A stretch of 63,066 bases of DNA, counting the filler, from Nemertoderma westbladi (taxonomy: Eukaryota > Animalia > Xenacoelomorpha), in the NCBI GenBank assembly GCA_032718475.1. It is 3 parts of 3 records of this genome, joined end to end, with 100 filler letters (N's around TTAATTAATTAA, not from the genome) between each part and the next. Parts side by side here need not be neighbours in the genome. Positions count along the whole stretch, not along the records: positions 1 to 26,269 come from JAUCBJ010001437.1; 2 more parts are not named here. One strand, written 5' to 3'. Below, one piece after another: positions 1 to 11,400 of this stretch. The notes beneath the pieces are model-generated. The model saw only the letters and a program-made list of their open reading frames with translations. It ran no database searches and was not told where the DNA came from. A program made the translations under genes and the position numbers. Every line of letters begins with the position of its first letter. Within the stretch, counting starts at the first letter, position 1.

Positions 1-1877
1 CCACTCACTGGCTGGTTGTACATAATTCCAGCCCATCTATCTATATTACTTATACTACCACTCACTGGCTGGTTGTACATAATTCCAGCCCATCTATCTA
101 TATTACTTATACTACCACTCACTGGCTGGTTGTACATAATTCCAGCCCATCTATCTATACTACTTGTACTACCACTCACTGGCTGGTTGTACATAATTCC
201 AGCCCATCTATCTATATTACTTATACTACCACTCACTGGCTGGTTGTACATAATTCCAGCCCATCTATCTATACTACTTGTACTACCACTCACTGGCTGG
301 TTGTACATAATTCCAGCCCGTCTATCTATATTACTTATACTACCACTCACTGGCTGGTTGTACATAATTCCAGCCCATCTATCTATACTACTTGTACTAC
401 CACTCACTGGCTGGTTGTACATAATTCCAGCCCATCTATCTATATTACTGTACTTATACTACCACTCACTGGCTGGTTGTACATAATTCCAGCCCATCTA
501 TCTATATTACTTATACTACCACTCACTGGCTGGTTGTACATAATTCCAGCCCATCTATCTATATTACTTATACTACCACTCACTGGCTGGTTGTACATAA
601 TTCCAGCCCGTCTATCTATATTACTTATACTACCACTCACTGGCTGGTTGTACATAATTCCAGCCCATCTATCTATATTACTTATACTACCACTCACTGG
701 CTGGTTGTACATAATTCCAGCCCATCTATCTATATTACTTGTACTACCACTCACTGGCTGGTTGTACATAATTCCAGCCCATCTATCTATATTACTTATA
801 CTACCACTCACTGGCTGGTTGTACATAATTCCAGCCCATCTATCTATATTACTTATACTACCACTCACTGGCTGGTTGTACATAATTCCAGCCCATCTAT
901 CTATATTACTTATACTACCACTCACTGGCTGGTTGTACATAATTCCAGCCCATCTATCTATATTACTTATACTACCACTCACTGGCTGGTTGTACATAAT
1001 TCCAGCCCATCTATCTATATTACTTGTACTACCACTCACTGGCTGGTTGTACATAATTCCAGCCCATCTATCTATATTACTTATACTACCACTCACTGGC
1101 TGGTTGTACATAATTCCAGCCCATCTATCTATACTACTTGTACTACCACTCACTGGCTGGTTGTACATAATTCCAGCCCATCTATCTATACTACTTGTTC
1201 TACCACTCACTGGCTGGTTGTACATAATTCCAGCCCATCTATCTATATTACTTATACTACCACTCACTGGCTGGTTATACATAATTCCAGCCCATCTATC
1301 TATACTACTTGTACTACCACTCACTGGCTGGTTGTACATAATTCCAGCCCATCTATCTATACTACTTGTACTACCACTCACTGGCTGGTTGTACATAATT
1401 CCAGCCCATCTATCTATATTACTTATACTACCACTCACTGGCTGGTTATACATAATTCCAGCCCATCTATCTATACTACTTGTACTACCACTCACTGGCT
1501 GGTTGTACATAATTCCAGCCCATCTATCTATATTACTTATACTACCACTCACTGGCTGGTTGTACATAATTCCAGCCCATCTATCTATATTACTTATACT
1601 ACCACTCACTGGCTGGTTGTACATAATTCCAGCCCATCTATCTATATTACTTATACTACCACTCACTGGCTGGTTATACATAATTCCAGCCCATCTATCT
1701 ATATTACTTATACTACCACTCACTGGCTGGTTGTACATAATTCCAGCCCATCTATCTATATTACTTATACTACCACTCACTGGCTGGTTGTACATAATTC
1801 CAGCCCATCTATCTATATTACTTATACTACCACTCACTGGCTGGTTGTACATAATTCCAGCCCATCTATCTATATTA
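1..1877. repeat. 57-bp minisatellite, ~33 copies, open at window start
   Basis: Unit CCACTCACTGGCTGGTTGTACATAATTCCAGCCCATCTATCTATATTACTTATACTA with few variants and one 5-bp insertion at ~448-452. On the minus strand each unit carries CCA|GTGAGT. Confidence 0.98.
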
Positions 1878-1909
1878 TGTATAACTTCGTAACGAAAGTG
1901 GCCGCTAAA
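1838..1909 (-). CDS. Candidate internal exon of an unidentified minus-strand gene (FSGHFRYEVIHNIDRWAGIMYNQP)
   Basis: Acceptor tttatag ending at 1910 (alternative tttag ending at 1905), open frame, donor CCA|GTGAGT at 1838/1837. Phase-0-compatible upstream donors lie at 2053 (CGC|GTGAGT) and 2114 (CAG|GTGAGA). No family recognised. Confidence 0.45.
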
Positions 1910-2216
1910 CTATAAATCACCACTAAGATATATATTCTATTTTTAGTTTAGGTTTTGCGTTTAGGTACAAGTTTTCCCCTCACCGATTCGCTCTCCCTCA
2001 CCCTCACCGAATTGCTCGCGATACTATTTCTCCCCGACAATTATTTTACTCACGCGGTTGACGTTCTGTATTCGTATTGCGGTAATGGAGACTCTAACTC
2101 CCTCACATTCTCACCTGCCAGTCCTTATTCCCGTAACTTAAAGGTAATTATAGATATAAATAATTAATGACCTTTGCTAGCCGACTATGAGATTTGAAAA
2201 GAAATCCACCTGCTTG

Positions 2217-2247
2217 GTTGCTATGTAACAACGGTTACCATAGTTAC
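2217..2247. promoter_or_regulatory. Two RFX X-box-like motifs between the candidate minus-strand gene and the lectin gene
   Basis: GTTGCTATGTAAC (2217-2229) and GTTACCATAGTTAC (2234-2247) resemble the GTTRCCATGGYAAC consensus. Motif match only. Confidence 0.3.
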
Positions 2248-2474
2248 TCAATAATAAGTATTAAATAATCTACCAATCTTGAGGACAATATTGTCCATTT
2301 AATTTACCAGTCCCACCATTTAAATTTTGTAGTGGATTGAGAATCGAACTATGTATCAGTACTACTGTAATACCAGAGTTACACATTTATGAAATTTCTA
2401 CATCCATAAGAAGTTTGGAATTACTCAATAGCACCCCCCTTGTGTTTAATGGTCATTACAGTACATATATCGCC

Positions 2475-5400
2475 ATGTACACAATCTTTCTCCTATTGGC
2501 TGTAGCTTTGTACTTCGGTAAAGCCACCCGCAACCCCAGGGAGGTCACGTTCAGTCCGACTATCTTTATGCTAAAAGATTTTCCGAGTTCCGGCAACCTT
2601 CATCTCATAGCGGAAACCAGTGACGGCAACCCCAACACTGTGGGAGAGAAAGAGGCCATGGAAGAGTTCAGTTGCTACAACTTCGCTATCCAATACGGAA
2701 CGGTAAGCAATGTTTTCAGTTTTGTATTATCGATTAAAAACTGAGACTAACATGATTTTTGTAATGTGGGCTACTTGTCCCTTATATTAATATTGCATTT
2801 ATGTGTATCTTTTTTTACTTTTTGAATTATTTAGATTTAATTTTTACTTCAGACAGCGAAATACATTATTTGGAATTCAGAGGTTTGTAAGGTATTCAAC
2901 GCAGACGGAGAGGTGGGTACTCCTACCTGCAACCCAACCACGGACGTAACGGTAAAACCCGTTGACAATTACCCAGCTTCCGATTACAACAGACGAACCG
3001 TTAAAGATATATGCGACGGGAGAGACAGATGCGCCATGAAGGCAGGTAGGTGTGTAATTATAATGTATGAATCAAGCTAATTAAAATAAATAATATTTCG
3101 ACAAAATTGTTATAGTTTTCAAAAAAGTATGGGAGGCTTAGTCAATTAATGGAACTCGAGATAGTTCTCGAGATATGCAATGTAGGGCCGTAAGTCACAA
3201 CATATGTATAGTGTTTGCTATAGTGTTATGTATAGCATTGCATTGATAATAAGAAAACGCACATACGGTTTTATTGAAATGTGTCTTGAAATATGTATTT
3301 ACAAACCGGTTGTACAATACAAAAACACCGTAAGTACAAAAAAATAAAATAAGTAAAAATATTAATGAAAAGTGAAAAATAATCACGTAGAAAAATTTCC
3401 TACCCAAATTTGCGTAGGCCATGTTCTAGTAAATGATAGTTGCGATAGTGATTTTCTGGCAGTTAAATAATCCACCGAATCGTATTACACTAAAGGTTCA
3501 TTTAATATTAGGAGGCATACACAGTACACAGGATTGGCTCGGATCAGAGAATCGTGACTGGAGAGATCAGACTTGGTGTGTTAGCAAACACAGCAGTGTA
3601 AGCAAGGAATCAACAATGACTGGGAGAAACTTACTGTAGAACTGATAATGCAGTAAAGAAGGCTTCTACTGTATCAGCATTACAGCTCAGACACAAGGGC
3701 TCCGGCGGAGACTGTTGATGGAAATAAATTAAAGAACATTCCGGCAGTTCTTACATTTGTGGATTTGAGAAATCGTTCGACTCCATCCATTCAAATGCTG
3801 GAAATTCTAAGAGCTTATGGAATACCAGAAGTAATTGTTGATAGATTGGATTGTTGCCGAAGCTCACAGAAGACTTCATGTGTCACAGAAGCTATGGGAC
3901 TCTTACCAGATGATGAAACTGTTTCTTTACTATTCATAATTATACTGCATTGAATTACGCCATGATGACAGCCACAATATTGGGTACACACAAGAACGTA
4001 CTGTAGTAGCTGCTTATATCCTGCTCTTACAGTGTCACAGACACCGACTTGCGGATGGCATGCTTTCTAATACGCACAACTTCTACCATACAAAAGGCGG
4101 TTGGAGAGCACATAAAATACTATCAGGACTAAATTCATGACTTTAATGTTAATGGAAGCTTGAGTTAGGAAAGCAAAGGAATGGGTACAAAAATGGATAC
4201 CATCTGGAAATCAGACATCTCCCGACCTGAATGAAGACCGCAAACATTCGAGCCACAGTGGAAATTGTACTTTTATATTTGGGGGGGGGGGGGGGGGGGG
4301 GGGTGGGGGGTGACATAAAAACAGACGAAATCGCTTTAACAACGAATTTATGGTTGCTACAAAAAAGTACTAAGGGTAGCCTTAAACATAGACAATACAT
4401 GACAAATGCCGAGCTTTATGGTACAATACCACCTGTATCAACCACCCTCCGTGAACGCAGATTAAGATTCAGTGGGCACTGCTGGCGAAGTAAAGACGAG
4501 GTCTTACCAGATCTACTTTTCTGGCAACCAACACATGGAAGGCGTACCCGTGGACGACCGGCTATAACATATATAGACCAGCTTGAAAGGGATACTGAAC
4601 TTGAGAGAAACGCAATTGCGCCAACTATGGAGAATCGGAAAGCCTATAGAAGTATCTCATTTCCACTGTCCGCGTTCGCTCGAACTGGTAGTAGTAGTAA
4701 GTAGTACAGTAGATCATCTATAGTATAATATACAACATGCCGTTGCAAATAATTTAATTACTCTATCTTTATGTTTCAGCTGTTCCGATATCCCGCGGTT
4801 TCGACGACGGACTCCGGGTTCAGTTCGTCAGCTCCAACGAGGCCGTCACAGTCGGTCAGGAGATAAAAAACATCTTCGGGGAGTGCGGCTCCCCTGTCCC
4901 CTTGGTTATATCCGGAGCGGATGTGGGACCGTGGTTCTACGTTGATATGCAACGCAGTTACGTTCTAGGGTTCGTATATCTGCGGACTTCCGTCGGACAA
5001 GGTGAGTAACAACTTCCGTCGGACAAGTTGGGTAACAACATCCGTCGGACAAGGTGAGTAACAACATCCGTCGGTCAAGGTGAGCAACAACATCCGTCGG
5101 ACAAGTTGGGTAACAACATCCGTCGGACATGGTGAGTAACAACATCCGTCGGACAAGTTGGGTAACAACATCCGTCGAACATGGTGAGTAACAACATCCA
5201 TCGTACAAGTTGGGTAACAACATCCGTCGGACATGGTAACAATATCCGTCGGACAAGGTGAGTAGCAACATCCGTCGGACAAGTTGGGTAACAACATCCG
5301 TCGGACAAGGTGAGTAACAACATCCGTCGGACAAGTTGGGTAACAACATCCGTCGGACAAGTTGGGTAACAACATCCGTCGGACATGGTGAGTAACAACA

Positions 5401-8400
5401 TCCGTCGGACAAGTTGGGTAACAACATCCGTCGGACAAGTTGGGTAACAACATCCGTCGGACAAGGTGAGTAACAACATCCGTCGGACATGGTGAGTAAC
5501 AATATCCGTCGGACAAGGTGAGTAGCAACATCCGTCGGACAAGTTGGGTAACAACATCCGTCGGACAAGGTGAGTAACAACATCCGTCGGACATGGTGAG
5601 TAACAATATCCGTCGGACAAGGTGAGTAGCAACATCCGTCGGACAAGTTGGGTAACAACATCCGTCGGACAAGGTGAGTAACAACATCCGTCGGACAAGT
5701 TGGGTAACAACATCCGTCGGACAAGTTGGGTAACAACATCCGTCGGACATGGTGAGTAACAACATCCGTCGGACAAGTTGGGTAGCAACATCCGTCGGAC
5801 AAGTTGGGTAACAACATCCGTCGGACAAGTTGGGTAACAACATCCGTCGGACAAGGTGAGTAACAATATCCGTCGGACAAGGTGAGTAGCAACATCCGTC
5901 AGACAAGTTGGGTAACAACATCCGTCGGACATGGTGAGTAACAACATCCGTCGGACAAGTTGGGTAACAGCATCCGTCGGACAAGTGGGGAAACAACATC
6001 CGTCGGACAAGGTGAGTAACAACATCCGTCGGACAAGTTGGGTAACAACATCCGTCGGACATGGTGAGTAACAACATCCGTCGGACAATTTGGGTAACAA
6101 CATCCGTCGGACATGGTGAGTAACAACATCCATCGTACAAGTTGGGTAACAACATCCGTCGGACATGGTGAGTAACAATATCCGTCGGACAAGGTGAGTA
6201 GCAACATCCGTCGGACAAGTTGGGTAACAACATCCGTCGGACAAGGTGAGTAACAACATCCGTCGGACAAGTTGGGTAACAACATCCGTCGGACATGGTG
6301 AGTAACAACATCCGTCGGACAAGTTGGGTAACAACATCCGTCGGACAAGTTGGGTAACAACATCCGTCGGACAAGGTGAGTAACAACATCCGTCGGACAA
6401 GTTGGGTAACAACATCCGTCGGACATGGTGAGTAACAACATCCGTCGGACAAGTTGGGTAACAACATCCGTCGGATATGGTGAGTAACAACATCCATCGT
6501 ACAAGTTGGGTAACAACATCCGTCGGATATGGTGAGTAACAAAACAATATCCGTCGGACAAGGTGAGTAGCAACATCCGTCGGACAAGTTGGGTAACAAC
6601 ATCCGTCGGACATGGTGAGTAACAACATCCGTCGGACAAGTTGGGTAACAACATCCGTCGGACAAGTTGGGAAACAACATCCGTCGGACAAGGTGAGTAA
6701 CAACATCCGTCGGACAAGTTGGGTAACAACATCCGTCGGACATGGTGAGTAACAACATCCGTCGGACAAGTTGGGTAACAACATCCGTCGGACATGGTAA
6801 GTAACATCATCCGTCGGACAAGTTGGGTAACAATATCCGTCGGACATGGTAAGTAACAACATCCGTCGGACAAGTTGGGTAACAACATCCGTCGGACATG
6901 GTAAGTAACAACATCCGTCGGACAAGTTGGGTAACAACATCCGTCGGACAAGTTGGGCAACAACATCCGTCGGACAAGTTGGGAAACAACATCCGTCGGA
7001 CAAGGTGAGTAACAACATCCGTCGGACAAGTTGGGTAACAACATCCGTCGGACATGGTGAGTAACAACATCCGTCGGACAAGTTGGGTAACAACATCCGT
7101 CGGACATGGTAAGTAACATCATCCGTCGGACAAGTTGGGTAACAACATCCGTCGGACATGGTAAGTAACAACATCCGTCGGACAAGTTGGGTAACAACAT
7201 CCGTCGGACATGGTAAGTAACAACATCCGTCGGACAAGTTGGGTAACATCATCCGTCGGACAAGTTGGGTAACAACATCCGTCGGACATGGTAAGTAACA
7301 ACATCCGTCGGACAAGTTGGGTAACAACATCCGTCGGACATGGTAAGTAACATCATCCGTCGGACAAGTTGGGTAACAACATCCGTCGGACATGGTGAGT
7401 AACAACATCCGTCGGACAAGTTGGGTAACAACATCCGTCGGACATGGTAAGTAACATCATCCGTCGGACAAGTTGGGTTACAACATCCGTCGGACATGGT
7501 AAGTAACATCATCCGTCGGACAAGTTGGGTAACAACATCCGTCGGACATGGTAAGTAACAACATCCGTCTGACAAGTTGGGTAACAACATCCGTCGGATA
7601 TGGTGAGTAACAACATCCGTCTGACAAGTTGGGTAACAACATCCGTCGGACAAGTTGGGTAACAACGGAGGATATGTCACAAAGACATCATAATATTATA
7701 ATACAGATTCTATACCGTATATAAATAGCAAGGCGCATCAATAAAAACAATATACAGCAACCTTAAGAATAAATTAGTTATAAAATTAACAATATGTACA
7801 TAGTAACCTAAGATACGAACTAACTCTAACTGTTATTACACACAATAACATGTTAAACAACACAGAGAGGTGAGTCAAATGACTCTCTAGGAAGGATGCA
7901 AGAAAAATTAAAACGTTTTGCAAACAGAAAGCAGAGGCACAAAGATGAGGCACCGATAGACCTAACTACCATAATGTACACAATCACTAACCATGATGTA
8001 CACAAATACTAACCATAATGTACACAATCACTAACCAACCATAATGTACGTACACAAACATTTAACAAAAGATAATTTAATGTACACAAACATTTAACAA
8101 AAGATAATTTAATGTACAACAATAGTACAACCACAATAAGAAATATACAATATAGGAAATAAATAAAATAATAGAAAAAATAAACAGGAACCCATGAGGA
8201 ATGTTAATCAGCATGGATGTATTTTAGGTTAATTATTAGGTACAAAAAGCAAATCCCGGTAGTCGGGAGTCACAAACAAAAAATTAATAATTTAAATTAA
8301 ATAGACTCTCAGCCGCCAGCCGGAATCATTCGTTTAGTTGAGCGATCCAGTGCCAGCAGGTAATCCAGCATTTATCGAATACCGTATCAAAATAAAAACA

Positions 8401-11400
8401 ACTGGAGACAAACCAATCTATATAAAAATATACACCTTGGGGTTGGGAATAAAAAAATGTAATACAGTGCGGAGTGCTACCCAAAACGTGTGGTGTAACT
8501 ACGGTAGGTGTAAAATAACTCACATATAATTTAGTGTAAAATGATAATATACAAGTGGTGTGGGTTGAGTGAAAACTATAATAAAATAGGGAATATTTGA
8601 GTAAATAAAGAGATACGAGCAGAAACAGCTTACAGTATACCAGCCTGTAGCACAAGTTAAAATAAATAACACACTGTAACACAATTGAAAAATCAGAATA
8701 TAAAATAATTTGAGTTCTAGCGTGGGTGGTCCAAAAAATGTATAAGTGATTGTCAACTCAGCTTAGCTGCTAATATAATTGAGTATAATGTGTGTGATCA
8801 AAATATCAGCTTTAAATAGAGTGCAAAAATGTCGTGCCATGTGGTAACATTCGCAATCAAGCGAGACTTCGTTTCGTGCGACCATACCATTACCCATACC
8901 CATGTTTGCGGCAATCGGTACCAATATAAAGCAACATCATGTTTGATGACACAATTTCTCACGATTTTACCTTATTCTGTAGCTGAGCCGGATGAGTGAT
9001 CAACTTTTTTGGACCGCCCTATTGAATAGACCACCTAATTTGCAACGCTATAATGGCACTGCCCAACTCACCAGCAGTGCTTATTAATTATATTATACAA
9101 AGTGTTTCCAGTAGAAAAAATACCCATAGTAACACAACCATAAATTAAAACAACTCGATAGTTAGTGTTAGGTCTGGAATATAAAGCCGAGCCAATAGAT
9201 AAACCAATCGCGAGCGGGAATGTAGAGGTCGAAGCGTGCGTGGGAGACTAAAGGGAATCCTCGGAGCCAATCCAATATGGCCGCATCAAACTTATCCTCT
9301 AAGACGACGAAAATACCAGGAAGTATAAGAAATACAGAGAAAACAGCCAGATAGAAAGATAGAAGGAAGACAGGGTGTCTGGTGGAGGGTTCAGCAACTA
9401 GGAGACCGTCGGAGGGGTCGGTTGATAGGAGAAAGTCGGGGGTGTTGGGGTTTAGGACAGGGGCCATCCCGTTGGGAAGGTGCGGGGACAACTTCGGTTT
9501 GGTTTCCTCGACAAATGGGAAGACGTCTGTCTGAGAATCATCGTCGCTAGACTCCATGGTGCACAGTGGAGCCGCAGGGGGCGCTACTTGTGTGGGAGTA
9601 GAGGTTCCCAAAGGGGCGGCTATGGGGGGCTCTACTGTGGTGGATGGAGGAGTTGGGGGGGATTCGGGGGCGGTGTGGATGGGAGGGGTTGAGGTGGGAG
9701 CAGCGGGGATGGGAGGGGTTGAGGTGGGGGTAACTGAGATTGGATCAGCTGACATGGGAGGAGCTGGAATGTGAGTGGATCCCTGGGGGATGGAGTCGGG
9801 GTTGAGAGCGAGAGGTCGTGTTGAGTAGGAGGATATGGAGGGGGGGTCGGGGTGTTGGGAGAGACAGGGGACTGAGGAGGAAGCAGATAGGCCGATAGGA
9901 GAGGCAACGAGAGGAGGGAGAGACACGCCCCCATGAGGGGCAACCGAAACTGGAGGAGCGACCGAGAGATCGGAAGTGGAGCGCCTCCGTTCCGAGTGAT
10001 CCCGGACGAGTCTCCGATTCCGGATGCTTCCGGCTCGGAGGAAGCCCCGCCTGGGGGCCGGGTTGTCGGCCTGGAGTTCCGAGAGGGTCGGGTTGGAGCA
10101 GCGATGGGAGGCGGTGCGGAAGAATCGGCCCAGAACGCGGCCGCCCCGCAGCACAGGAGCCGAGGCCGAACTCAGCGACGTGTAGAAAGTCATCGCCTCC
10201 ACGGCGGACTTCCACAGATGTTTAGCGGCCGGTTGGGAATCGCAGTAATACTTGATGACGGCGCTGGAGGCGCTCGAGTGATCCAATACGCAAACCTCGA
10301 AGACGTCACCTCGGAAGTCGAACTGCCCGAGTTGGTTCCACGGGTAGAGAGCGACGCGAGTCGAGGAGGCGGAGAAGACGCCCATCCCGGGGTGAGTGAA
10401 TCCGAGGAAGAGCGGCTTCCCTGCGTCGTCTGCGCACAGATGGGGATCCAGTCCGTAGGTGTCTGCGGCGGCGGCGATCGAGAAGAATTCGTCCTCGCAC
10501 TCCCGGGGCGAGCGGCCGCGGTACTCAGTGGAGTGGAGGCGATGCACGCGCGTGTGGAAGCTCTGGGATTCCTCCGGGAGGATACCAAATACGGCTACGT
10601 ATCCCTCCAGATGTTCCTCGGCTTGGAAGTCGCCTAGCGATTCCTGCACGACGCACGCCCCCATCCGCGCCTCGTCCTCCGAACTGACTCGCAGACGCCC
10701 GTGACGCAGATCCTTCCGCAGCTGTAAGTAACACATATACATAGCCAACGGGGTCTTTAGCTCCCTCGGGTCCCTCGGGTAAAACTTAATCCGAAGATTG
10801 AGTTGGTAAGGTTTAGTTTTACGGAGCTGTTTCTTTATTGGTTTCTCCGGGTTCAACCAGTGTCTCCTCTTGTCTTTATCTACGAATCGCAAACCGAAGT
10901 ACCCCTTCTCCTCCAATGCTAGTCGATCGCAAATCGCGTTAAACACTTCTTTACCGATGCTAGTCGGCTGACAGTCGATATGGAGGTCGTTCTCATCGTC
11001 TAACAGAGACACACTGCAACAGAAACCCCCTCGTCCGGCGACTTTCAAAGGAGATTTCAGTTTGGAAGATAAATGGCGTTTTAACGACCCCATTATTTCT
11101 GAATTTTTGTTAGCAGTTGCAGAGTTGAGTTAGGCTATGCTATCGTTACATTAGATTATTTAGATTAGGTCGGTACCGGCAGACCGGTAACACAATTCCA
11201 GAATTCGTTGTTTTTCTAACGGTACCGGCAGACCGGTCCGGTATGTTTCTGTGTTTGTAAGTTCTGAAGTTGCAATATTTTTTAAGTCCTGCAGTCCTGT
11301 AAAGGCCTAAACGCTGAAACGAGGCCTACACCTACACTACTACAGTCTGACAGTAAGGCCTGCCCATGGAATACTAAATATACATAAATGCATAAATGTA

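Noticed and set aside
16-1892. Plus-strand hydrophobic repeat protein (LILPLTGWLYIIPAH)
   Set aside because: No true ATG or gene context and broken by a 5-bp insertion; only the minus frame links to a plausible exon.
2054-2137. In-frame TGA (…GR-TGA-EC…) as selenocysteine in the minus-strand gene
   Set aside because: No recognisable selenoprotein motif or SECIS; simpler splice solutions exist.
4986-7666. CRISPR-like array (20-bp constant part with an inverted core plus a variable part)
   Set aside because: The variable part is only 6 nt with ~4 recurring variants, there are no unique spacers or cas genes, and the unit derives from a eukaryotic exon-intron junction.
4906-7680. Long Cys-rich minus-strand ORFs (CCYPTCPTD, metallothionein/conotoxin-like)
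   Set aside because: The same peptide cycles through all three frames because 26 is not a multiple of 3; a repeat artefact antisense to an intron.
9480-10734. Overlapping and antisense ORFs within the FERM gene
   Set aside because: Shadow ORFs of GC-rich coding sequence.
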